Below, one piece after another: positions 44,615 to 52,504 of a stretch of 55,516 bases of DNA. The first letter of the stretch is position 1. Every line of letters starts with the position of its first letter. The notes under the pieces are model-generated. The model saw only the letters and a list, made by a program, of their open reading frames with translations. It ran no database searches and was not told where the DNA came from. A program made the translations under genes and the position numbers. The stretch spans positions 1-55,516 of the IMG/VR virus record IMGVR_UViG_3300036859_000215. The stretch is one strand, 5' to 3'. This stretch comes from a virus. Lineage: Duplodnaviria > Caudoviricetes.

Positions 44615-45216
44615 TTGATCCCTATCAGGTGGTGCGCGATTTCGAGCAGGAGCTCTGCGATTATACCGGAGCGCCTTATTGCGTTTCGACCAATTCCTGT
44701 ACTATGGCGCTGCTCATCACGCTGTCTTGGTGGAAGATGCTGAGGGGCAAAGAGACGATTTCCTGCCCGAAGCGCACTTACGTTTCGGTGCCGCAGTCGA
44801 TCAAGCTGGCCGGCCATCGCATCAAATGGCGCGACGAGGACTGGCTCGGCATGTATGCGCTGCCGCCCACGCCCATCTGGGATTGCGCCCGCCTGCTCAC
44901 CTCCGGCATGTATAAGCGAGGCACGATTCAGTGCCTGTCGTTCCATTGGTCGAAGCATCTGCAAATCGGTTTGGGCGGTGCCATCCTGCATGATCGCAAG
45001 TCGGCCGACCCGATCTTCCGCCGCATGCGCTTCGATGGACGCACCGAAGGGTTGACGCCGGATCAGGATAGCTTCCCTGTTCTTGGATACCACGCCTATC
45101 TCACTCCGGGTCTGGCGGCTGACGGACTTATGCGCTTGTCACTCTTGCCGGAGCACAATGAGCCGCTGCCGAATAGTCCCTATCCCGACTTGAGCCAGTT
45201 CGAGATATTCGCATGA
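44611..45216 (+). CDS. pseC: DegT/DnrJ-family PLP aminotransferase, PseC-like (short)
   Basis: FEQELCDYTGAPYCVSTNSCTMAL; WDCA; SFHWSK..G.GGAI (PLP lysine). Confidence 0.78.
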   Translation: MIDPYQVVRDFEQELCDYTGAPYCVSTNSCTMALLITLSWWKMLRGKETISCPKRTYVSVPQSIKLAGHRIKWRDEDWLGMYALPPTPIWDCARLLTSGMYKRGTIQCLSFHWSKHLQIGLGGAILHDRKSADPIFRRMRFDGRTEGLTPDQDSFPVLGYHAYLTPGLAADGLMRLSLLPEHNEPLPNSPYPDLSQFEIFA

Positions 45217-45238
45217 ACGCTAGGAGGATGTATCTCCT

Positions 45239-45868
45239 ATGACGGCGGCTGTGATTGTGCAGGCAAGGATGAACTCGACGCGATTCCCTAGGAAGGCTGT
45301 TGCCGACCTAAACGGTTCGCCTGTTCTCTGGCACGTCCTCACCAGATGTCTGATGATTGACGGTGCCGACATGGTGATTCTCGCTGTGCCCGACGAGGCC
45401 GACAGCGATGAATTGGAAGTGATTGCCGAGAATTTAGACATCAAAGTGGTGCGCGGCTCCGAGAATGATGTGCTGTCTCGCTATCTGAAAGCTGCGAGAG
45501 CAGTGAGGGCGGATGTCGTAATGCGCGTGACGGCAGATTGCCCGCTGATCGATCCGCATGTGTGCTCTGCCGTGCTCGATGCGGTGAAGCGCGGTGACGT
45601 GGACTATGCCTCCAATACCCATCCCCGCACCTTTGAGCGTGGGCTTGATTGTGAAGCCTTCACTCGTTGGGCGTTGGAGGTGGCGGCGAGGGATGCGACT
45701 GACCCCTATGACCGTGAGCACGTAACAAGTTGGATGCACAGCAATCCGCTGTTTCACACGGTGAATGTAGAGAGCGGTGACCCAGGTAGGGCACAGATAA
45801 ATCATTGCGTCGATTACCCGGAAGACCTGGATCGCCTTAGGGGGCTTTTCTGCAATGTCGCAGCGTGA
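45239..45868 (+). CDS. Nonulosonate cytidylyltransferase (PseF/SpsF-like)
   Basis: IVQARMNSTRFPRK; GSENDVLSRY; RVTADCPLIDP; GLDCE; REHVT; VDYPED. Confidence 0.9.
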   Translation: MTAAVIVQARMNSTRFPRKAVADLNGSPVLWHVLTRCLMIDGADMVILAVPDEADSDELEVIAENLDIKVVRGSENDVLSRYLKAARAVRADVVMRVTADCPLIDPHVCSAVLDAVKRGDVDYASNTHPRTFERGLDCEAFTRWALEVAARDATDPYDREHVTSWMHSNPLFHTVNVESGDPGRAQINHCVDYPEDLDRLRGLFCNVAA

Positions 45869-46400
45869 ATTAAGCCAAAACTATCAGGCTAGGTATCAAC
45901 GCGCATGGAGGCGGGCCAATCCAGAAAGAGCCCGCGAACGTGATCGGAAAAAGGAGCAACGTGAGCGAGAGCGTGATCCTAACGGATTTCGGCAAAAGGC
46001 GACTGCGAGAATGCGGGCATGGCGAGCACGTAACCCAGAACGCGCAAAGGAGGCCAATAAGAAACACAACTCCCTCAGGGTCAAGCAATGGAGGGCAAAC
46101 AACAAGACAAAGACGCGCGTTTACGGATCAAACTATCGCGCCCGCGTCAGCGCGGCGGAAGGTGCTTACAATGCAGAGGACATCCAACGCCTCTACAAGG
46201 CGCAGAGGGGCAAGTGTGCATATTTTCGGTTTTGCGGGAACCGTCTCGCCGGAAGTTACCACATTGACCATATCATACCTCTAATTGAGGGCGGCTCTAA
46301 CTGGCCAGCAAATCTGCAACTCACATGCCCAGAATGTAATCAGCGAAAGAATCGACGCGACCCGCTTATCTTCAGCAGGGAATTGGGGGCGCTTCTATGA
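45855..46400 (+). CDS. HNH endonuclease
   Basis: WR..NPE repeats; CAY..C...HIDHIIPL..GGSN...NLQLTCPECN. Confidence 0.9.
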   Translation: MSQRELSQNYQARYQRAWRRANPERARERDRKKEQRERERDPNGFRQKATARMRAWRARNPERAKEANKKHNSLRVKQWRANNKTKTRVYGSNYRARVSAAEGAYNAEDIQRLYKAQRGKCAYFRFCGNRLAGSYHIDHIIPLIEGGSNWPANLQLTCPECNQRKNRRDPLIFSRELGALL

Positions 46401-46804
46401 GGTTCATCTCGGTTTATGATTATCCCGCCGCAGCGCAGCCTCTCTATGATCTGTTAGCTGAGCGGGCGCCAGAGGTGAATATCTCGCATAAGGAGATGCC
46501 GACTTGGGAGGCGCATCTTAAATTTATCGCCTCGCGGCCATATGAATCTTGGTATCTGATCGAGGTGGACACCGTTCCGGTTGGGACGATCTATCTGACC
46601 AATCAGCGCGAGGTCGGACTATTCATCTTCAAGCTATATAGAGGCCAAGGCTACGGCGGCGAGGCGTTGGCCGAGTTGAAACGTAAGCATCCGGGCCAGT
46701 TGCTCGCCAATGTCAGCGTCAACAACAAGGATGGCCTGTCTTTTTGGCAAGACCAAGGCTTCAAACCCCTGCAACAGACTTTGCTCTGGAGTCCCCCATG
46801 CTAG
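46397..46804 (+). CDS. GNAT acetyltransferase, PseH-like
   Basis: ISH..MPTWEAH..F; YRGQGYG acetyl-CoA motif; N..G..FW...GF. Confidence 0.78.
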   Translation: MRFISVYDYPAAAQPLYDLLAERAPEVNISHKEMPTWEAHLKFIASRPYESWYLIEVDTVPVGTIYLTNQREVGLFIFKLYRGQGYGGEALAELKRKHPGQLLANVSVNNKDGLSFWQDQGFKPLQQTLLWSPPC

Positions 46805-47517
46805 ACCTTCAATCGAGAGACAGATGTTTTGTGATCGCCGAGGCCGGGACGGCGCACGCCGACCCCGACCCTAAGAAGCGATTCTGCAAGGCGCTGCGTT
46901 TGGTTGATGCGGCACACTCCGCAGGAGCCGATGCCATCAAGTTCCAGTGGTTTGCCTCGCCGTGTGAAATGTTTTGCTGGATGGAAGGCGATGGAATGAG
47001 GGCCCCGCGGTGGTTGGCATCTTGGATGGACCCAGAGGAACACTGGAAGCAAGTCAAGGAATTCTCTGAGGCGTGCGGGCTTGTGTTTCTTGCCAGTGCC
47101 TTCGAAAGAACCACTACCCAATGGCTGATTGATCTCAACCTCGCCGCCACCAAAGTAGCTAGCCGTGCCGCCAAGACTTTCCCCTATGACATGGAGGGAT
47201 TGCCGAGGCCGTTCCTGATTTCGGGTGGCATGGGTTTGCCAGTAAACCCGCTCCCTCAAGATACCATCTTGCTTGAGTGCGAGTCCAAATACCCATCAAC
47301 ACAGGCATGGGAGAAAGCATGGCCGGGCTTCTCCGACCATTCTGGCAAGCCCTTCCTCGGCATCGATGCCATTTCACGCGGCTGCAAGCTGCTAGAGGTG
47401 CATTTCATGATCGACCCGATCGATGCGGGTCCGGACCTTCCAGCCTGTCTCACCATTGATGAGTTGAAGCTGGTCTGTCAGGCGCGGGATTATTACGCAG
47501 AGAGGAAAACGGCATGA
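46798..47517 (+). CDS. Nonulosonic acid synthase (NeuB/PseI family), lacking the C-terminal SAF domain
   Basis: FVIAEAG.AH...LVDAA..AGADAIKFQ...KVAS...C.SKYP...GFSDH...LEVHF. Confidence 0.88.
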   Translation: MLDLQSRDRCFVIAEAGTAHADPDPKKRFCKALRLVDAAHSAGADAIKFQWFASPCEMFCWMEGDGMRAPRWLASWMDPEEHWKQVKEFSEACGLVFLASAFERTTTQWLIDLNLAATKVASRAAKTFPYDMEGLPRPFLISGGMGLPVNPLPQDTILLECESKYPSTQAWEKAWPGFSDHSGKPFLGIDAISRGCKLLEVHFMIDPIDAGPDLPACLTIDELKLVCQARDYYAERKTA

Positions 47518-47705
47518 CCATTGCCATTCAGGAGAAGAAGACCAAACAGGCGGCCAACTATCGTAAGGGCTCAGTGCGGCAGCGCTGCGGACTCTGTGTG
47601 CATTACCGGCCCAAGCCGGGAGCGTGCGAGTTGGTGCGCGGCCTGATCGAGCCGAGCGCGTTGTGCGATCTGTATGAGCCAAAGAAGGCGGCGAGAGCGG
47701 CATGA
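47514..47705 (+). CDS. HiPIP-like four-Cys protein
   Basis: ANY...QRCGLCVHY......CELV.G.I.P...C. Confidence 0.65.
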   Translation: MTIAIQEKKTKQAANYRKGSVRQRCGLCVHYRPKPGACELVRGLIEPSALCDLYEPKKAARAA

Positions 47706-48280
47706 CGGCGATCGACTGGTGGAGAGGTGCCGGAGGCGACAGCTACACGCAAAGGAACCGCGTCGATTGGCAAAAGCGCATCCCTTTCTGGCGGGCCATT
47801 GTCGATGATCTAACCCCGGAGTCAGTCCTGGAAGTCGGCTGCAATGCGGGGTGGAACTTGCTCGCACTACGCGCTTGCTTTCCGCGCATCGATCTGACTG
47901 GCATTGAGCCTAACGCCGTGGCTAGACGTGAAGCACAAGGCCACGAACTTACGGTGGCTCCTGAATTTTGGGTGCATGGTAGGGTTTACAACCTGGTTTT
48001 CACCGCTGGCGTTCTGATTCACGTCCCGTCGCCAGAGTTGCCCATATTCATGCGCCGCATCGTTGATGCCTCCAAACGCTACGTCATCGCCGTCGAATAC
48101 GACGCCCCAGAGGAAACCGAAATCGAATATAGGGGCGAAATGGGCCTGTTATGGAAACGCCCTTACGGTAAGCTATATCAGGATATGGGGCTGAGGCTGT
48201 TGGGTGATTGTCACCTCCCGCCAGAGTCGGGGTTCGATCATTGCCACTTTTGGCTCTTGGAAAAACCCGACGTTTCCTGA
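47702..48280 (+). CDS. Pseudaminic acid biosynthesis-associated SAM methyltransferase
   Basis: WRG..GDSY..RN; SVLEVGCNAG.NL; GIEPN; LVFT.GVLIH; EY...EIEYRG....LWKR.Y; FD....WLLEK. Confidence 0.85.
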   Translation: MTAIDWWRGAGGDSYTQRNRVDWQKRIPFWRAIVDDLTPESVLEVGCNAGWNLLALRACFPRIDLTGIEPNAVARREAQGHELTVAPEFWVHGRVYNLVFTAGVLIHVPSPELPIFMRRIVDASKRYVIAVEYDAPEETEIEYRGEMGLLWKRPYGKLYQDMGLRLLGDCHLPPESGFDHCHFWLLEKPDVS

Positions 48281-48313
48281 TCTCAATCCTTCCCCATCAC
48301 TGATTTTTCGCGC

Positions 48314-48354
48314 GGGGAAAGTCTGCCTGTTCCCCGTCATACCCCTCCTACAGT
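48314..48354 (+). promoter_or_regulatory. Putative late promoter motif copy upstream of the tail genes
   Basis: GGGGAAAGTCTG, then TACAGT 32 nt after the core G. Confidence 0.5.
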
Positions 48355-48399
48355 GCGGAAGACCCTATGCGAATCTAACCCCAAGAGGAGTTTATCTAA

Positions 48400-48888
48400 A
48401 TGACCGCCGTTAAAGTTGCCTTCCGCCTCAAGCCAGCCGACCTATCCTTCGGGGAAGCCTTCCAGGCCCGCTATCAGGCCCGTGTAGATCGCCCGATTGA
48501 TGACCTTGATCTCAATGAATTGTTCCGCGACGTACAGAGCAATCTTCGACCCGGCGATTGGGTCACCATCGTGGCTTATAAGGACAACACTTGGCAACAG
48601 GTGATGGAGGGCTGCACCGCTATCATCACCTCGATCCGCCAGGAGGTTCCGGCTGGCCCGAAAGTGGTGCGGGCGATCTGGCATAGCGATCTGTTCAAGG
48701 TGCCGCAGACGGCGGTGGCGCAGTCCGCCAATCAGCCCAAGATCAAGCTCAGCGTGAAGAAAGAATTCGGCGGTGGCTACACCGTCCGCGACGAGAAAGG
48801 CCACGTCATCGAGTCGGTGAACACCAAAAAAGAAGCAGAGGATTATATCGCCAGCCTGGACCGTCAGCCGAAAGCTGTTGCGGCCTGA
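48400..48888 (+). CDS. Hypothetical protein
   Basis: AGGAG RBS; 162 aa. Confidence 0.6.
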   Translation: MTAVKVAFRLKPADLSFGEAFQARYQARVDRPIDDLDLNELFRDVQSNLRPGDWVTIVAYKDNTWQQVMEGCTAIITSIRQEVPAGPKVVRAIWHSDLFKVPQTAVAQSANQPKIKLSVKKEFGGGYTVRDEKGHVIESVNTKKEAEDYIASLDRQPKAVAA

Positions 48889-48909
48889 CATGGCTAAGGG
48901 GAGGGGCAA

Positions 48910-49551
48910 GTGGGCGCCGAGACAAGCACGTCAATCTGTAACATCGCGCTCACGCGCATTGGCGCCAAAGAGATCACCAGTGTCGAAAACGACGCCAACC
49001 GCGAGGCCGTCATTTGCCGCCGCCTGTTCCACGTTGCACGCCGGACTGTGCTCGCCTCCCATCACTGGAACGGTGCTAAGAGATCTGTCCAGCTTACGCA
49101 AATCGCAGCAGCGACTGTCACCCCAATATTCTGGTCTTATGCCTACACGCTCCCCACGGATTTCATCCGCGTCATCTCGGTGCATCACTCCGACGACTTG
49201 AACGCCACCTGCGACTTCACCATCGAGAATGCCAACGATGCCGATGCCGACAATGTGCTGATGTCGGACTCGAACCAGATTTATATTCAATATGTATTCG
49301 ACAATCAGGACATCGGCACGCTGAGCCAGGGCTTCCGCGACGTGCTGGCCTTTCAGTTGGCGCGCGATCTGTGTTTGGCGCTCGGCAAGTCCACCTCGAA
49401 GTACGAACTGACCAATCGGGAATATCGCCGAGCTCTGACTAATGCCAAGAGCGTAGACGGCTTTGACGATTATCCCAAGCGGCTGCCGGACGGTTCCTGG
49501 GTCACCTCCCGTTATGGCCTGTATAACGACAAGCTGATCCAAACCACGTAA
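48910..49551 (+). CDS. Tail tubular protein A/adaptor (T7 gp11-like)
   Basis: ICNIALTRIGA..I.S...EA...R..VL..H.W...YAYTLP.DF.R. Confidence 0.85.
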   Translation: MGAETSTSICNIALTRIGAKEITSVENDANREAVICRRLFHVARRTVLASHHWNGAKRSVQLTQIAAATVTPIFWSYAYTLPTDFIRVISVHHSDDLNATCDFTIENANDADADNVLMSDSNQIYIQYVFDNQDIGTLSQGFRDVLAFQLARDLCLALGKSTSKYELTNREYRRALTNAKSVDGFDDYPKRLPDGSWVTSRYGLYNDKLIQTT

Positions 49552-49552
49552 G

Positions 49553-52504
49553 ATGGGGACTCCTAGCAACCCCTTCATCGAAAGCCTGAACAGCGGCGAG
49601 TTCTCCCCGCGCATGGAAGCGCGGGTGACGTTCGAGCGCTACGCCAATGCGGCCAGAATGTGCCGTAACATGCTGTTGCTGCCGCAAGGCGGCATGACCC
49701 GCAGACCGGGCACGCGCTTCGTCAAAGAGGTCAAGGACTCCTCAGTCAATACCATCATTCTCCCGTTTCAGTTCTCGGAATCCGATGCTTGGATAGTCGA
49801 AGCTGGCAGCGTCTATTTTCGCTTTTATCGGCGTCAGGCGCGGGTTGACGTGGCGGACACCGCTGTGGCCGTCACCAATGGCACCTTTACCGGCAACGCT
49901 TCGGGCTGGACACTCGGCGGAACAGCGGCTTACGGCACCAATCGGGTAGATTTTCCCGCTTCCGGCGACACGGCGGCGCAAACTATCTCGGTAGCGGCGG
50001 GCGACCGCTCCAAGCAGCATGTGCTGGCTTTTCAGATCGCAGGCATCGGCTCGATGGACTGCACCATCACCGACAATGCAGCTACGGTGCTAGCCACCAG
50101 AGACGTGACCGAAGGCTATCATCTTATTGGCTTCATCACAGGCGCGGGTTCCACCTCGATCACCATTACCTTCACATCGAACGGCTCGACCTTTACCACT
50201 GGGGCCACGCTCTATCTCGACAACGTGTCACTGCTCGATAATGCGGCGATGGAGATCACCACGCCTTATGCTACCGCCGATTTGGAAGAGTTGCGCTTCT
50301 TTCAGGCGGCAGACGTGGTTTACATCTGCCATCAGGACTACCAAACCCGGCGGCTGGAGCGCCACGGCACCTACTCATGGTCGCTGGAGACGGTGACCTT
50401 TCTCGACGGCCCATGGATGCCTACCAATGAACTCAACAGCGATGTCGAGTTTTTCGACCCGGAAGTGTATCAGCTCGTTCTCAATCCGTTTTTCGAGAAC
50501 GGCCTACAAAATTGGACCGATTCCTCGACTGGCGATGGGCATATATTTCACACTTCGGTCGGTGCCGAGCTTGATGACGGAACCTCTGGCGGCTCGGGCG
50601 TAGCCAATTTGCGTACTAGTTTCTCGGGTGCATCTGACGCCTCCGATTTTATCATCTGGTCGTTTGTCGTCAACCAGACTTGCACGCTCGATGTCGGCAC
50701 CACGGCGGGCGGCACCGAAATCACTACCGGCACGTTGCAGCCAGGCTGGAACCGCACGCAGATTTCCTCGACCGCCGCCACTATCCATCTGGAATATCAT
50801 ATCAATGGCCATACCGGTGAGCGCACTGGCGTCGGAGCGGTATTGGTTTATGGCTCGCGCGCGCGGCTGCTTGATCCTTCGGCCACCACTGGTAGCGTCA
50901 CGGTCGCGGCCATAGGGTTCTCCCCGTTTGCTTCTACCGATGTTGGCCGCTCATTGCGCATCGGCGCGGTCGGGCAGGAATGGGGATGGGGGATTATCAC
51001 GGCGTTCTCCTCCTCGACCTCGGTGACGTTGCAAGTAATGAGTGAATTGCCGACCGCGACCGCCACACCGGATTGGGCCTTCGGTGCCTTCGGAGGCGAA
51101 CAGGGCCATCCCAAGACATCCGGCTTTATCGATGGAAGGCTGGCATTCGCTAATACTACGGAAGCCCCGCAGTCGTTGTGGCTCTCGCAATCCGGCGATC
51201 TGGAAAATATGCAGCCGGATTCTTTCAGTGAAGGCACCCAGACGGTGGAGGACAGTGATGCTATCGCCGTGACGCTCAATTCCAAACGCATCGATCCGAT
51301 TCTTTGGCTGGCTGAGGTCAACGACCTCATTCTCGGCACGGCTGGCGCGCAATGGAGCGTGGACTCGATCGGCGGGGTAGTTACGCCAACCGACATCTTC
51401 GCCAAGACCAACTCTGCTCTACCCGCTGGTGATATGGAGGTGCTTGCCGTCAATCAAGCGCTGATCTTCACCGACAAGACCAAGCGCGAGCTTTATGAGA
51501 TTGCCTATTCCACCGAGGAATCGGGCTATATTCCCACCCTGCTCACGGTGTTCGCCGATCATATCTTCACCTCGCCAGCGCATATCCTCTCCTTTCAGCG
51601 CGCGCCGCGATCAGTGGTGTGGGCGCCGCGCGATGACGGGCGCATTGCCACACTTTCCTATAATCGTCAGCATCAAGTGCTTGGCTGGTCGCAGCAGATT
51701 CTCGGCGGCGATTTTAGCACTGGCGATGCCGTGGTCGAGCACATCGCCGTGATCCCCGGCATAGTTGATGCCACGCAAACCAACGATTCGGATGAACGTG
51801 ATGAGGTGTGGGTTATCGTCAAGCGCACCATCAACGGCGAGACCAAGCGCTATATCGAGTTCTTCGAGAAGGAGTTCTTCGGTCCACTGCGGGAGGATTA
51901 CAACACTAATGCGGCGTGGTGGACGCAGATAAAGACCGACCAGCAAGACGCTTTCTATGTCGATTCTGGGATTACTTATGACGGCTCGAGCACCACAAGC
52001 ATTACAGGTCTGACGCATCTCGAGGGCCAGACGGTCAAAGTGCTCGCCGATGGCAAGGTGCACCCCGACAAGACGGTTTCGAGCGGGGCTATCACCCTCG
52101 ATTATGCCGCCTCGAAAGTGCAAGTGGGTTTGGGCTATACATCACGCTATCTGAGTCTGAAGCTGCCTACCGGGGCGCAGGCGGGCACGGCGGTCAACAA
52201 GCAGAAGGCGATCACTGGTTGTGGCGTGGTGGTGCTCGATACCGGCACGTTTGATATTGCCACCGTCGATCATGACGACGATACGGGCCGAGAAATCCAT
52301 GATCTTTATACTTTCGACTTCCGCCTGAACCAGAATAGAGATTTGAGCGAGGCGATTCCGGTGTTTTCGGGCGAGAGCTACAAAGCGCTGGATACCAATT
52401 TCTCTACCGACCCTAGGCTTTATATCGAGACCGACGCACCGCTGCCGCTCACCCTGTTGGGCTTGGCGCCCATGATCGAAGGCACCGACGAGCCGGAGAC
52501 TTAA
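49553..52504 (+). CDS. Tail tubular protein B/nozzle (T7 gp12-like) with inserted beta-sandwich domains
   Basis: SGEFSP...QGG..RRPGT; Q.ADV; RL.FA; LW.S..GD; YVDSG; HLEG..V..LADG; VGL.Y. Confidence 0.9.
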   Translation: MGTPSNPFIESLNSGEFSPRMEARVTFERYANAARMCRNMLLLPQGGMTRRPGTRFVKEVKDSSVNTIILPFQFSESDAWIVEAGSVYFRFYRRQARVDVADTAVAVTNGTFTGNASGWTLGGTAAYGTNRVDFPASGDTAAQTISVAAGDRSKQHVLAFQIAGIGSMDCTITDNAATVLATRDVTEGYHLIGFITGAGSTSITITFTSNGSTFTTGATLYLDNVSLLDNAAMEITTPYATADLEELRFFQAADVVYICHQDYQTRRLERHGTYSWSLETVTFLDGPWMPTNELNSDVEFFDPEVYQLVLNPFFENGLQNWTDSSTGDGHIFHTSVGAELDDGTSGGSGVANLRTSFSGASDASDFIIWSFVVNQTCTLDVGTTAGGTEITTGTLQPGWNRTQISSTAATIHLEYHINGHTGERTGVGAVLVYGSRARLLDPSATTGSVTVAAIGFSPFASTDVGRSLRIGAVGQEWGWGIITAFSSSTSVTLQVMSELPTATATPDWAFGAFGGEQGHPKTSGFIDGRLAFANTTEAPQSLWLSQSGDLENMQPDSFSEGTQTVEDSDAIAVTLNSKRIDPILWLAEVNDLILGTAGAQWSVDSIGGVVTPTDIFAKTNSALPAGDMEVLAVNQALIFTDKTKRELYEIAYSTEESGYIPTLLTVFADHIFTSPAHILSFQRAPRSVVWAPRDDGRIATLSYNRQHQVLGWSQQILGGDFSTGDAVVEHIAVIPGIVDATQTNDSDERDEVWVIVKRTINGETKRYIEFFEKEFFGPLREDYNTNAAWWTQIKTDQQDAFYVDSGITYDGSSTTSITGLTHLEGQTVKVLADGKVHPDKTVSSGAITLDYAASKVQVGLGYTSRYLSLKLPTGAQAGTAVNKQKAITGCGVVVLDTGTFDIATVDHDDDTGREIHDLYTFDFRLNQNRDLSEAIPVFSGESYKALDTNFSTDPRLYIETDAPLPLTLLGLAPMIEGTDEPET

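Noticed and set aside
40161-48280. Chimeric assembly with a host LPS locus
   Set aside because: Phage-type HNH and small genes are interleaved with overlapping starts and stops, and both borders carry the same motif found before virion genes; read mapping would be the final test
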